A stretch of 64,000 nt of DNA, taken from contig OX638351.1 in the NCBI GenBank assembly GCA_951813565.1, positions 1 through 64,000 of the forward strand, given 5' to 3'. Origin of the DNA: an uncultured Poribacteria bacterium (lineage in GTDB: Bacteria; Poribacteria; WGA-4E; WGA-3G). Of this stretch, positions 27,026 through 37,295 are shown one piece after another (within the stretch, counting starts at the first letter, position 1; every line of letters begins with the position of its first letter). The notes beneath the pieces were generated by a model. It made no database searches, was not told where the DNA came from, and saw only the letters and a list, made by a program, of their open reading frames with translations. A program made the position numbers and the translations under genes.

Positions 27026-29755
27026 TTAGCGAAATCTTGAAGAAGCAGTACTATTGTTTCCTGTGTTTAGTAGTAAGCGACTACCATCTTCACTGGCAAG
27101 TCGACTAAATAATTGTTTTGCGTCTGCGTAAGCCGTAACAGGGATTGTCCGTTGCTCTAATGTAAAAGTTAGGTGATAAAGAACTAAGTTTTTATGTTGG
27201 CTATACCGTCTTTTCATTGCCCCAAAACTTGTAGTCCGTTCAAAATCAGATGGCAGTACAGCAGTCCAACCATCTGGTAGGTGAATCTGAATTATTTTCT
27301 CAAGTTTCATAGGATAACTAAAATCAAGCGGGTAAGTTCGTTCTGCTGCAGCAACAATTTCCGCATAATCCGAAAATTCATCAATTGGTAACGGCAGAAG
27401 CATTTGGTTTTTTAAATGTATAACATATTTTTCTACATGGAAATTGATTGTTATTTCGATCGGTATGTCAAGATTGTCTAACTCAGAGATGACAACAGAA
27501 TCCACGATAACGTTTGGAAATTGTTTGCTCAGTTCAGCTGCAAACGTATCTTTCCATTCAGCAGGAGGAATCTGCTGATATGTCCAACGTGCGTCAATAT
27601 TGTATTGTCCGGTCATGTGAATGCGAATTTTTCCATGGGCATCTCCGTTTCTATTTAACCATAATTCCGTTGTAGACGCGAGTTTGTTGGACTCCGCTGG
27701 ATAAATAGGTATATCCACAAAGGTCCCGTGTGTATCACCTATCAGTAGTCCTTTTCGTCCTTGGTCACTGGACGGCAAATCATCATAACTACAGGTACTT
27801 GAGGTCGGGTCCAGCCATACATAATTATCCTTGTCTTTAGGGATCGCTGCAATCATATGGTTAAACTGACTGATCGATGGCAAATCAATATCAATCCTTT
27901 CATACGGTGACATGCTGATCATGACTGGATACGCCCTTATGCCAACAAGGTCAAGCATTGAAATGAGCAACGTTGTTTTATCTTTACAATCGCCATACTG
28001 TTTCTGGAGGACTTCGGCGGCAGGAGAAGGTTGATATGCACTCTGTCCAAGTTCAATCCCAACGTAACGGATCTGTTTTGCGACAAAATAATATATTGCC
28101 CGAATCTTTGCCTCATCGGTTGTTAAATTTTCTGTAAGTTTTTCTACAGTTTTCTGTATGTGTTGGTCAGGCGCGTAACGACCTTTTGCAAGGTCTTTAT
28201 ACCATTTATAGACATCGTCCCACGACATAATGGAGGAAAAACTTAACCTCGGTGCAACGTCGTTGATGTGCGGCATACCTTCTTCCAACTTCAGCGCTGC
28301 CATCTTGCCAGATCGCCAAATATATAGAACAATTCCATTTTCCTCATAAGACACCTCTGGTTCAATTTCAAAGTTCTCAGTTTTCCATTGAATCTGCCAA
28401 TCTTGCGGCATTCTGAGCGCGTAAGTCGTCTCAAGTGTAACTTCTGAGGATTGAAAATTATATCCACCCGTAATCCAAGTTTTGCTGCCTGTTACCGTTT
28501 CTAATTTGTCTTCAAGTGTTACTTGATATTCAATACAGACCCCCGGCGATAGTCCTACCATGGAAATTACTCGCCACATCATATCAGAATAAAGATTGTA
28601 AGATAATAGACCAGGTGGTGTTACATCGTTGAATGCTTCATCCGGTGGTGTAAGCACCGTGCCATCTGCAGCGATTGTCCGTGCAATGTTGACTCCGATA
28701 TTTTGTGAATTCGGTTGGTATGGAATAGCAATATCCCCATATTTTTGAATACCTCTTTCGGTTAAAAGTTTAACTACCTGATGCGTGGTATAGCGCGACT
28801 GTCCAGTCGGCAAGACATCATGACTGAAATGGTTGAATAGAATAACGACATCAGCATTCGGATAATCGCTTGAAGTAGGCGCATTTGCAATGATTTGGGA
28901 AACGTCAGTATTTAGGATGGGAACAGGAGAAACTGTTACAGTTGGAGTCAGCGTAGGGGTCTGTTGTGAAAGTGCTTGCAACCGTGTCACAGCAAGTAGA
29001 TTGTCTGGGTCAACTTCCAGTAACCGCTGATATTGAAGTTGTGCTTCAAAAAAACGTTGGTGATCCTCGTAGAATGACGCAAGTCGCTGCCTTGCCCAAA
29101 TATCGTTTGGAAACAAGCGAATTGATTCACGCAGTTCTGCGATAGCATCACCGACTTCGCCCCGTTGCAGATGGATTAAACTCAAGTAATTATGTAAATT
29201 TTCGCATTCTGACTGTTTACAGTCTGGGTCAAGTGCTAATGCTTTACGGAGTTGTGCTTCGGCTTCATCAAGCCGATTTAATTGTTTATAGGCTAAACCA
29301 AGTTGGTTTAACGCATAAAGGTTATCTTTAGAAATTCTGAGGACTCGCTCATAGTATTGTGCTGCATTTTCATAATTATTCAGTTTTTCAAAAATGTATC
29401 CGACAGAGTTAAGCGCGACGATATGATTCGGTTCTAATACGAGAAAAGCAACAAACGCATCCCGTGCTTTTTCATATTCCTCAAGCTGGAGGTAAATTTC
29501 GGCTATTTTATATTGTGTTTCGGCTGAATTGGGGCGGATTTTTATAGCAGATTGGAAGGCAGTAAGTGCATCTTGTAGATGACCATGTTGCAGCGCGGTG
29601 TTTCCTACTTCAGTGTATTCGCTCCATTGACGGTTCCGCTCAATCAGTGGATCAACAATCACCGGTGAACTGGATTGTGTTTTGGGAAAAATGGTACAGC
29701 CACCAACGACAAAAAGGAGGGATAAAGCTAAAAACTGAAACCATCTATGAAACAT
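27026..29755 (-). CDS. Lipoprotein with TPR repeats, DUF3857 and transglutaminase-like domain
   Basis: Lipobox VGGC; TPR helices; GDCKDK, FNHMI, WLDPT catalytic C-H-D triad. Confidence 0.88.
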   Translation of the reverse strand: MFHRWFQFLALSLLFVVGGCTIFPKTQSSSPVIVDPLIERNRQWSEYTEVGNTALQHGHLQDALTAFQSAIKIRPNSAETQYKIAEIYLQLEEYEKARDAFVAFLVLEPNHIVALNSVGYIFEKLNNYENAAQYYERVLRISKDNLYALNQLGLAYKQLNRLDEAEAQLRKALALDPDCKQSECENLHNYLSLIHLQRGEVGDAIAELRESIRLFPNDIWARQRLASFYEDHQRFFEAQLQYQRLLEVDPDNLLAVTRLQALSQQTPTLTPTVTVSPVPILNTDVSQIIANAPTSSDYPNADVVILFNHFSHDVLPTGQSRYTTHQVVKLLTERGIQKYGDIAIPYQPNSQNIGVNIARTIAADGTVLTPPDEAFNDVTPPGLLSYNLYSDMMWRVISMVGLSPGVCIEYQVTLEDKLETVTGSKTWITGGYNFQSSEVTLETTYALRMPQDWQIQWKTENFEIEPEVSYEENGIVLYIWRSGKMAALKLEEGMPHINDVAPRLSFSSIMSWDDVYKWYKDLAKGRYAPDQHIQKTVEKLTENLTTDEAKIRAIYYFVAKQIRYVGIELGQSAYQPSPAAEVLQKQYGDCKDKTTLLISMLDLVGIRAYPVMISMSPYERIDIDLPSISQFNHMIAAIPKDKDNYVWLDPTSSTCSYDDLPSSDQGRKGLLIGDTHGTFVDIPIYPAESNKLASTTELWLNRNGDAHGKIRIHMTGQYNIDARWTYQQIPPAEWKDTFAAELSKQFPNVIVDSVVISELDNLDIPIEITINFHVEKYVIHLKNQMLLPLPIDEFSDYAEIVAAAERTYPLDFSYPMKLEKIIQIHLPDGWTAVLPSDFERTTSFGAMKRRYSQHKNLVLYHLTFTLEQRTIPVTAYADAKQLFSRLASEDGSRLLLNTGNNSTASSRFR

Positions 29756-29759
29756 TATC

Positions 29760-30119
29760 TTAATCCACGTTATCTTCTACAAGTTTCGGGTTTTTGATGT
29801 GTCGTTCCTTATCGCGGTCTGTTTTTTTCTGCATTGATTTTTTGAATGCTTCTTCAAGCTGAATGCCTGTTTGATTTGCCAAACAGATGAGGACAAACAG
29901 AATATCTGCCATTTCTTCTGCCAGGTCTAAATCTTTCTCATTCTCCTTAAAACTCTGATCCCCGTATTGACGTGCCATTATCCTGGCTAACTCGCCAACC
30001 TCTTCCATTAAAATAGCCGTATTGGTTAATTCTGAAAAATAACGTACACCGAAGGTGTTAACCCAGTCGTCTACAATTTGTTGGCAATTTTCGAGTGTCA
30101 AATCCATCAAGTTGTCCAT
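29760..30119 (-). CDS. MazG-like nucleotide pyrophosphohydrolase (start uncertain)
   Basis: LMEEVGELAR and LAEEMADILFVL motifs. Confidence 0.88.
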   Translation of the reverse strand: MDNLMDLTLENCQQIVDDWVNTFGVRYFSELTNTAILMEEVGELARIMARQYGDQSFKENEKDLDLAEEMADILFVLICLANQTGIQLEEAFKKSMQKKTDRDKERHIKNPKLVEDNVD

Positions 30120-30236
30120 TTCATTCATAGCATCTGTGATATTATAGCAGTATTCGCAACAGAAGTAAACTATTTTCCCTTTCAATTCGTTTGGTGACAT
30201 AGCTTTAGGATAGAAGAGTACGGCGCGTTTTCCACT

Positions 30237-30310
30237 GTAGGGGCGGGTCTCTGTGCCCGCTTGTTGTTTGGAAACATCAATTATGGCGAGGCACAGAGAC
30301 CTCGCCCTAC
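30237..30310. repeat. Inverted REP doublet (GTAG family)
   Basis: GTAGGGGCGGGTCTCTGTGCCCGC ... GGCGAGGCACAGAGACCTCGCCCTAC. Confidence 0.8.
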
Positions 30311-30386
30311 AATAAAATGTAATGTGCTCTCCGTAAATTGAATCTTTGTGCTTAAATAATCACACAACTCAAGCCAAGCAAATATC

Positions 30387-30415
30387 TTGATTTTTTTGAA
30401 AATTTGGTTTATAAT
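30387..30415 (+). promoter_or_regulatory. Sigma-70 promoter
   Basis: TTGATT-17 bp-TATAAT. Confidence 0.6.
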
Positions 30416-30450
30416 TCACTATAAATCTTAATTGAATTAAGGAACTTCAC

Positions 30451-31191
30451 ATGGGAATTACAGATAAAGAGATACAATTTTATGAAACGAACGGTTATCT
30501 TCTAAAAAAAGGACTCGTTTCCTCAGAAGACATAACGGAAATTATGGTAGAAATTGACGATATTCATAACCGTATGGCTGAAAAACCGACTGAGGGTATA
30601 GGGATTTCGTGGGAAGTATATGATGATCCTGATCATCCCCCGCTTATCAAGCAGTTAATGCATAGTGAGTTAGTGAGCCCTACGCTTAATAAAATCCTCC
30701 GTTCCGATGCGGTACTTGATGTGCTGGAGGCAATGATGGGCCCTGATATTTCACTGTATCATAGCAAATTGCTGCCGAAGGCTGGCGGTGACGGCACGGC
30801 TATACCATGGCACCAAGATTATGCCTATTGGAAAAATGATAACAACAAACCAGTGATGATTAATTGTCAATTGGCCATCAACGAGGCAAACCTTGAAAAT
30901 GGGTGTATTCAGTTTGTACCGGGAAGCCATAATTGGGGTTTGCAGGAGCATGAACGCAAACAGCAGACGTTTGGTGTATTTTTACCCGGACATTATCAGG
31001 AACGCGAGGATGCTGTTGCTGTGGAAATGGAACCCGGGGACGGTATCTTTTTTAATGCCCTTATCATTCACGGTTCAGCACCAAACAAGTCGAAAAATGA
31101 CAGGTTGATGAACACCTTTGCTTATAATGTTACCGGAAATGGCACATCGCAATCTCGAGAAGTATTGCGTGGCAAGGAGTTTAACACATGA
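30451..31191 (+). CDS. Phytanoyl-CoA dioxygenase (PhyH) family protein
   Basis: WHQD, NGCIQFVPGSH, IHGS..N...R facial triad. Confidence 0.92.
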   Translation: MGITDKEIQFYETNGYLLKKGLVSSEDITEIMVEIDDIHNRMAEKPTEGIGISWEVYDDPDHPPLIKQLMHSELVSPTLNKILRSDAVLDVLEAMMGPDISLYHSKLLPKAGGDGTAIPWHQDYAYWKNDNNKPVMINCQLAINEANLENGCIQFVPGSHNWGLQEHERKQQTFGVFLPGHYQEREDAVAVEMEPGDGIFFNALIIHGSAPNKSKNDRLMNTFAYNVTGNGTSQSREVLRGKEFNT

Positions 31192-32192
31192 GAAGCATAG
31201 GTTGTGCTTGGATTTTTCTCTGTTTTTTCGTTACTACTGTTATTACAGGTTGCGACATTGATGAACCAGGAAATAAGAATTTTGCCCCGGTAATTTCAGT
31301 CTTTGAAGCAGAATCAGAGATAGTTCCTCCAGGAGAACAAGTCTCTATCCGACTACAAGCCAATGACCTTGAAAATGATATATTGACATACACATGGTCC
31401 GCTGCTTACGGAGAAATAGAAGGTAGTGCCTCAGGGGCAATCTGGACAGCACCTGAAACTGAGCGCAAATATCAGATTAAGGTTGCAGTGAGCGATGGTG
31501 AAAAGACCACAACAAGCACACTTGATATCCATGTATGGCGGATTAGACCAGGTAACTATTATCCTTTAGCAGTAGGAAATATCTGGCGATACCGTGATGC
31601 AGAAGGCACCCAAATTATCTTTGAAATCATAGATACTATACAGATTCAGCTAAAAGGCGGAGAAACTGTTGAGAGTTTTGTCCTTCAAAAATCCAACACA
31701 GCAGAAGGTTTGGAGAACATTGTTGATTATTCTTACCTGGGAAATACTATTGACGAAGAAGGTAAGGTTTCAGCCGTTGTTCAGCATGCCACAAATGTCA
31801 CTCCCGGCTCAGAGGATACAATGATGTTTGTCCCATTTCTGCCTTTATACAAATTTCCACTCATTCCGGGTTGGAAATGGCGAGTCAATTTTGAAGGAAA
31901 ATTAGTTCCGGAACTTTTTCCATTAGGTGGAGGAATAGATAATTTTGAAGTGCTTTCAGAGGAAACGGTCACTGTTCCTGCGGGCACTTTTGAAAATGTC
32001 TTTTTAGTCCAAGAGTTGTTTCAGTGGGGATTTGATATAGGAAATCAGGATTTTTCTCTTGACACTACCGTTGTCCAAAAATGGGTTGCACCAGATGTTG
32101 GTATTATAAAATTTACGCAATCTCAAACACGGGATGGCGTAACAGTCGAAACGGAACTTGAACTTGAATCCTATGAACTCGTTAATAATTAA
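31188..32192 (+). CDS. Lipoprotein with Ig/PKD-like domain and C-terminal beta domain
   Basis: Lipobox ITGC; LTYTWSA..WTAP; YYPLAVGNIWRY; ETVTVPAGTF; WVAPDVGII. Confidence 0.7.
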   Translation: MRSIGCAWIFLCFFVTTVITGCDIDEPGNKNFAPVISVFEAESEIVPPGEQVSIRLQANDLENDILTYTWSAAYGEIEGSASGAIWTAPETERKYQIKVAVSDGEKTTTSTLDIHVWRIRPGNYYPLAVGNIWRYRDAEGTQIIFEIIDTIQIQLKGGETVESFVLQKSNTAEGLENIVDYSYLGNTIDEEGKVSAVVQHATNVTPGSEDTMMFVPFLPLYKFPLIPGWKWRVNFEGKLVPELFPLGGGIDNFEVLSEETVTVPAGTFENVFLVQELFQWGFDIGNQDFSLDTTVVQKWVAPDVGIIKFTQSQTRDGVTVETELELESYELVNN

Positions 32193-32215
32193 GGTTAGAG
32201 AAAAGGATCTAAGAA

Positions 32216-33235
32216 TTGAAAAACGCAACAAAAAGCCTGGAGATTTTAACCACGACGGTAGGTTCTTATCCGATTCCAGCTTGGCTTCACTCAATGCCTA
32301 CGGAACAAGCGCTGATTGATGCAACGCGCGTAGTCGTAGATATTCAGCGGCAACACGGTATTGATTTGCCTACTGATGGGGAATTATACCGCTTTGATGT
32401 GAACCATCCTGAAACGAACGGTATGATTGACTATTTTATCCGCCCACTTTCAGGTATCCGAGCAGAGGCAGGTCGTCAGGAATGGAATGAGTTTAGACAG
32501 ATGCATACCATGGCGTTTCGGGCAAAACCTGCCGGTGTTGTTGAGAGTGCATTAGGAGAAGGAACGTTAAACCTTGTTTCCGATTGTGAACGTGCTGTCG
32601 GTGTTGCAGGCACGGACATAAAATTTACAGTGACAAGTCCTTATATGCTTGCACGAACACTATTGGACAAACACTACGGTGACTTTGACACGTTACTTAC
32701 TGCATTGGCAGAAGTATTGTCTGCGCAGGTGCGGGAACTGGATTGTGCTTGCCTGCAAATTGATGAAGCAAATATACCGGGGAACCCTCAAGACGGGCCC
32801 CGTGCAGCTGAGGCGATAAATATAGTGCTTGATGCTTTTGACGGAGAGAAGGCTGTTCATTTCTGCTTTGGCAACTACGGAGGGCAAGTTATTCAAAAAG
32901 GGAGTTGGAGTTCCCTGATTGACTTTTTGAATATGCTTAGGTGTGACCATCTCGTTTTGGAATTGGCACATCGTCCTGATGCGGATCTTGAGGCACTCAA
33001 GGAAGTTTCTTCAGAGATTCGCCTCGGTATTGGCGTGATTGATGTGAAAGTTAACCCGGTTGAGACACCTGATGATGTTGCATCAAACATAGAAAAAGCA
33101 GAAAAGATGTTGGGAGCAGGACGTGTTGGTTGGGTGCATCCGGACTGTGGATTCTGGATGCTTCAACGTTCTGTGGTTGACCGAAAAATAGAAGCACTCG
33201 TGAAAGGCAGAGATAAATACCTCGCAATCGAATAA
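32216..33235 (+). CDS. Cobalamin-independent methionine synthase II family protein
   Basis: TVGSYP, TDGE, LQIDE, HFCFGN, PDCG zinc ligands. Confidence 0.88.
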   Translation: MKNATKSLEILTTTVGSYPIPAWLHSMPTEQALIDATRVVVDIQRQHGIDLPTDGELYRFDVNHPETNGMIDYFIRPLSGIRAEAGRQEWNEFRQMHTMAFRAKPAGVVESALGEGTLNLVSDCERAVGVAGTDIKFTVTSPYMLARTLLDKHYGDFDTLLTALAEVLSAQVRELDCACLQIDEANIPGNPQDGPRAAEAINIVLDAFDGEKAVHFCFGNYGGQVIQKGSWSSLIDFLNMLRCDHLVLELAHRPDADLEALKEVSSEIRLGIGVIDVKVNPVETPDDVASNIEKAEKMLGAGRVGWVHPDCGFWMLQRSVVDRKIEALVKGRDKYLAIE

Positions 33236-33394
33236 TAAAATATAGATATTAGAGAACATGATTTTCCAAAATTTGATCAAGGAACCTGCCATAGTAGGTA
33301 TGTGTGTCCTTTCAAACAAGAGTGCTTTTTAAGCAATGTGTTTGGTGGTGTGTGCTTAGAGACACGCACCCCTTTATTTTTTAGATAAAAAAAT

Positions 33395-33451
33395 AATACC
33401 AAATTAATTTGATTCATCGTCTTCACATACCGCTCCAGCGGAGCGGAAGAG
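33395..33451 (-). repeat. Inverted copy of the 14080-14136 palindromic repeat
   Basis: Reverse complement CTTCCGCTCCGCTGGAGCGGTATGTGAAGACGATGAATCAAATTAATTTGGTATT. Confidence 0.8.
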
Positions 33452-33463
33452 TGGAAGGAATAC

Positions 33464-33757
33464 ATGTTTGAATTTCATCCATCAGGATTAAAAAGGTATC
33501 AAAATATTGCCGGTATCGCTGGTGGCATAGGATTTGTACTCGGAACGGTTATCCCTGGCGTAGCGATACTCACACATAATTGGCACTGCCCATTTGGAGA
33601 TGGTATGCTTCAAACCACTGGTTTCTTGGCAATCACAGGATTCAGCAGTGCAATTGTCCTGGGCAACCTTGTTGCCTTTTTACTGGTTGGGATTGCCAGA
33701 TATCAGCACGGTTCACGTAAATCATCTCACAGAAAAGGAGACTCGGATGGGAATTGA
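33464..33757 (+). CDS. Hypothetical two-TM membrane protein
   Basis: AAGGA RBS; hydrophobic helices; overlaps next gene. Confidence 0.6.
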   Translation: MFEFHPSGLKRYQNIAGIAGGIGFVLGTVIPGVAILTHNWHCPFGDGMLQTTGFLAITGFSSAIVLGNLVAFLLVGIARYQHGSRKSSHRKGDSDGN

Positions 33758-34559
33758 AATTTTCGGTCTTGACATCTTGTATATTATCCTGCTTATGGGT
33801 GTGGGGATGTTTGCGGGCTTTGTCAACACTGTTGCTTTCGGTGGTTCACTATTAACACTTCCAGCCTTAGTCTTTGTGATGGAAGCTATTGGTGTTCCGA
33901 ACCTACCTGCTGGTACTAACGTAACAAGCACAGCCAATGGAACTAATAGGGTAGCAATTATCTTTCAAAACTTTAGCGCTATTTTGGGGTTTCGCCGCAA
34001 AGGTGTATCAGATTTTCGACACGCAATTGCACTTACAATACCAGCAGTTGTAGGAGCGAGTATTGGGGCGTTCATAGGAACCGAAATATCCGATAAGGCA
34101 TTTAAGCCGATTCTTGCTGTTGTAATGGTTACAATGCTCCTTTTAACCCTGTTTAATCCGACTGAGCGACTACAAGGGAAATTTAATCCGAGTGGTACAC
34201 AACATAAAATAATTACGACTGTCGCTCTCTTTTTTGTTGGAATATATGGCGGGTTTATCCAAGCAGGTGTAGGATTGTTGGTTATAGCTACCTTGCGGAT
34301 TCTTGATGGCGGTGATCTGGTCATTACCAACGCGCTCAAGGTGTTTATAATTTTCTTTTACACAATCATCGCTTTAGCTATTTTTGTTAGCAAGGGACAG
34401 GTCAATTGGGTTTTAGGCCTGACCTTAGCGGTTGGAAACGCCACAGGAGCATGGATCGGTAGCCATTTGGCAGTAAAGATGGGCGACAAATGGATTAAAG
34501 TGGTATTAGTTGTTGCCGTGATTGGTTCTGTGATAAAACTGCTATGGGATACCTTTTAG
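33747..34559 (+). CDS. Sulfite exporter TauE/SafE (TSUP) family protein
   Basis: AGFVNTVAFGGSLL, ANGTNR, GIYGGFIQAGVG; ATG 33747 with AAGGAG RBS. Confidence 0.9.
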   Translation: MGIEIFGLDILYIILLMGVGMFAGFVNTVAFGGSLLTLPALVFVMEAIGVPNLPAGTNVTSTANGTNRVAIIFQNFSAILGFRRKGVSDFRHAIALTIPAVVGASIGAFIGTEISDKAFKPILAVVMVTMLLLTLFNPTERLQGKFNPSGTQHKIITTVALFFVGIYGGFIQAGVGLLVIATLRILDGGDLVITNALKVFIIFFYTIIALAIFVSKGQVNWVLGLTLAVGNATGAWIGSHLAVKMGDKWIKVVLVVAVIGSVIKLLWDTF

Positions 34560-34617
34560 GAGTGTTCGCTCGTTTTAATATAATTCTACCTATATCCAAA
34601 CAAAACAGCAAATCAAG

Positions 34618-35232
34618 CTAAGGCTGGCTTTCTGTGGGAAGGTGAAAAGACTCTAATCGGTTAGCAATTAATTCTGTGCTTGATATCGTTGAGGCCTCTT
34701 GTAAGAGATTCAAAAGCTGCTGAGGTATGTCTGCCTGTTCGCAAACAATTTTGAGATTCTGTGACTTCAATTTCGACAGCGCTGTAAGTTCTTCCTTATC
34801 GGGTTTTACTATAACGCACCCATCCGCCCATCCAAGTTCCTTTAGAATAATATCGTTCCAATTGTAATTACCATCAAAAACCGTGATAATAGGTTGTGAT
34901 AATTTTAGTAGGTGTATTTTAGCGTTCTGAATCGCGGTGCCTAAAGTCAAAAAAGCATGATGTTGTGTTGTAGCAATACGTATGAGCGATAGATTCCACA
35001 ATACTACCGGTTTTTTGAGGCGTTGAGCAAGTGTGATTAACCGAAGCAGCCGCCTCCAATCAGCAGGTTGTTCAAGACTTTCGGTATTCCCTTTTAACAA
35101 AACGACCTTAACTTTTTTTAAATCCGCGAAACCCGCAAATTCAAAAATTCCTTGTCCGCCTGCTCTATCTCCGTAGAGTTGAATTGTCTTTTCAAACGGA
35201 GGATGTTCGGAATTAAAATTAAGTGATGACAT
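34618..35232 (-). CDS. Degenerate acetyl-CoA carboxylase carboxyltransferase alpha (AccA)-like protein
   Basis: LYGDRAG, RRLLRLITLAQRLKKPVV, AIQNA..LLKLSQPIITV, ELIANRLESF parallel AccA segments. Confidence 0.55.
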   Translation of the reverse strand: MSSLNFNSEHPPFEKTIQLYGDRAGGQGIFEFAGFADLKKVKVVLLKGNTESLEQPADWRRLLRLITLAQRLKKPVVLWNLSLIRIATTQHHAFLTLGTAIQNAKIHLLKLSQPIITVFDGNYNWNDIILKELGWADGCVIVKPDKEELTALSKLKSQNLKIVCEQADIPQQLLNLLQEASTISSTELIANRLESFHLPTESQP

Positions 35233-35246
35233 TGCTTGTCTACTAT

Positions 35247-35284
35247 AAAAAAAGCAGGGAAGAGCTGATACGCATCTTCCCTGC
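35247..35284 (-). terminator. Rho-independent terminator of the giant-protein operon
   Basis: Minus strand GCAGGGAAGA..TCTTCCCTGC followed by T7. Confidence 0.8.
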
Positions 35285-35306
35285 CTGAATGAATAATTGA
35301 AATTAC

Positions 35307-36170
35307 TTACTCGCCGCTACGTCCACCGATTGCGTTAATAGCAAACCATCCGATACCAGCAGCAACTGTTGTGATAAAAACAAGGGCGCGTTTAGTTGAA
35401 GAAACTTCTTCATGCACACCCTTTGCGTCCTCTATCATCATTTTCAGTTCGTTGATAGCTTTTTGATTTGTTTCAATCTGTGTCAACGCGGTTTTCACGT
35501 CCTCTTGAATACTTTTGTGATGCTCTTGCGTTCCTTTCAACTCCTTTTGGAGAGCAGTGAGCATTTCGTTTGAAGATTCAAGGTGACCGTGTAAATCTTC
35601 TAATTGCTTTTGAATAGCATTCCTGCTATTTCTGACGACTTTAGTAACATCAGCAGCAGCATCTTTATTTGCTTTCTTGACTGCGTCAATCACTTTTTCT
35701 TGGGATTTCTGGCTGGTTTCAAGTGCTTTAATTTGTTTTTGGAGCTTCGTCATGCTCTCACTTAAACTCTTAATCTCAGCCATTAATTTTTCCCGAGTTG
35801 CTTCAGATTCAGCGAGTTCAGTACGTAATTTCTCTAACTCTTCTGTTTGTTTAGCAAGATCTCCCTCAGCCATTTCTACAACGTCTTTAGCCATAGCTAA
35901 AGGAATACGCAGTTTTTCACCAGGATAGATCAAATGCGGATTAGTAAAATCGTTATATTTACTAAGCTCTCTCCATTGGAGAGGATCTTTCAAATGTTCC
36001 TGGCAGAGATCCCAAAGAGTGTCCCCTTTTTCAATGGTGATTAGCATGGTATCATCATCGCCTTCGTGCGGTGTGATCCTTGCCGAGGCAGATAAAGCAT
36101 ATATACCACTGAGTGCTACGCAGATATAGAGAATCAGTGCTAACTTTAGCGTGGATTTTATTATCTTCAT
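35307..36170 (-). CDS. LysM domain + long coiled-coil protein with C-terminal hydrophobic helix
   Basis: Signal peptide; IEKGDTLWDL..N..NPHLIYPGEKLRIP; heptad repeats. Confidence 0.85.
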   Translation of the reverse strand: MKIIKSTLKLALILYICVALSGIYALSASARITPHEGDDDTMLITIEKGDTLWDLCQEHLKDPLQWRELSKYNDFTNPHLIYPGEKLRIPLAMAKDVVEMAEGDLAKQTEELEKLRTELAESEATREKLMAEIKSLSESMTKLQKQIKALETSQKSQEKVIDAVKKANKDAAADVTKVVRNSRNAIQKQLEDLHGHLESSNEMLTALQKELKGTQEHHKSIQEDVKTALTQIETNQKAINELKMMIEDAKGVHEEVSSTKRALVFITTVAAGIGWFAINAIGGRSGE

Positions 36171-36190
36171 CAGTATTCTCCTCTTAAGTG

Positions 36191-37219
36191 CTAAAATTCA
36201 TAGGATACGGAAACATAGTGATTGCTTCCGGCCCCATTAATTTCCCTTGCCATACCATCTTGAATGGCGTAGTCAAGCTGCAATCCAGCAATGTTGACAC
36301 CAAATCCACCGAATAGGTTCTGAACGTCACGTGATGCTCTGATACCAGCGCGTAGAGAAAATTCGGTTGACCTATTAGTGAAAATCGTATATTCAACACC
36401 GCTACGCATGCTAAACGCACTCTCATCAAGGTTAACAAATTCTTGTTCAATATCTGCTGAGAATGTGACGACATTACCCATATATAGATCGTAAGCTACA
36501 CCAACATCAACAACCATCGGCACGGTGCCTTCTCCAAGAGAAGCGCCGAGGTATTTAGCGACAATACCGTAATGGAATGTTGGAACCTGTATATGTCCCT
36601 CATGCGCTTCATTTGAATGTGCGTGAAGGGCTTGTCCCATCATTTTTTCGGCAATATCTATGTGGAGTGCGTGTCCCATGATTCCGATATCTACACCACC
36701 GAAACCGCTTTGGTTTTCAACACTATCCACGCCGAAATTATCCATTAACATTCGACCTGTTAAACCGATATTGAAGTGTCCGACGGCAATGCCGTAAGAG
36801 AGAGAGTAAGCATTTGAACTGTAGTCAGATTTACCCCCATACTCACCTTGTGCGTCATACAAATCATAATCAGACACACCAAAATTTGTAGCTGCTAACC
36901 CAATAGACCCATAAGTTCCAAGCGCTTTTGTTAAAGCGATAAAATTGTGGCTTCTATCAAGAGACAGTCTCTGTGTAGAAAAATTAAGGCTTAAATCTGC
37001 CGCTGAACCGAGACCTGCTGGATTCCAGACAGTGGCTGTGGCATCTTCTGCAATTGCTGTGAAAGCACCGCCTAAGCCAATTGAGCGGGCACCTGCACCG
37101 AGACGTAAATGGGGCATAGCGTTAACTTCACCCTCAGCAAAACAGACAGGCGACACAGCAAGTATAAGAAGTAAAACGGGTATTACACCGCATAGCAATC
37201 TTTGCTTTGTGATAGACAT
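36191..37219 (-). CDS. PorV/PorQ family (FadL-like) outer-membrane beta-barrel
   Basis: GAGARSIGLGGAFTAIAEDATATVWNPAGL; terminal VSVSYEF. Confidence 0.85.
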   Translation of the reverse strand: MSITKQRLLCGVIPVLLLILAVSPVCFAEGEVNAMPHLRLGAGARSIGLGGAFTAIAEDATATVWNPAGLGSAADLSLNFSTQRLSLDRSHNFIALTKALGTYGSIGLAATNFGVSDYDLYDAQGEYGGKSDYSSNAYSLSYGIAVGHFNIGLTGRMLMDNFGVDSVENQSGFGGVDIGIMGHALHIDIAEKMMGQALHAHSNEAHEGHIQVPTFHYGIVAKYLGASLGEGTVPMVVDVGVAYDLYMGNVVTFSADIEQEFVNLDESAFSMRSGVEYTIFTNRSTEFSLRAGIRASRDVQNLFGGFGVNIAGLQLDYAIQDGMAREINGAGSNHYVSVSYEF

Positions 37220-37234
37220 TTATGTCCTCCTTCG

Positions 37235-37288
37235 TAGTCGCACCATCGGAAATTGGGAACAATACCCAATTTCCGATTTGCGGACTAT
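37235..37288. promoter_or_regulatory. Long intergenic stem-loop without U-tail
   Basis: TAGTCGCA..ATCGGAAATTGGG-loop-CCCAATTTCCGAT..TGCGGACTA. Confidence 0.55.
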
Positions 37289-37295
37289 CGTTTAC

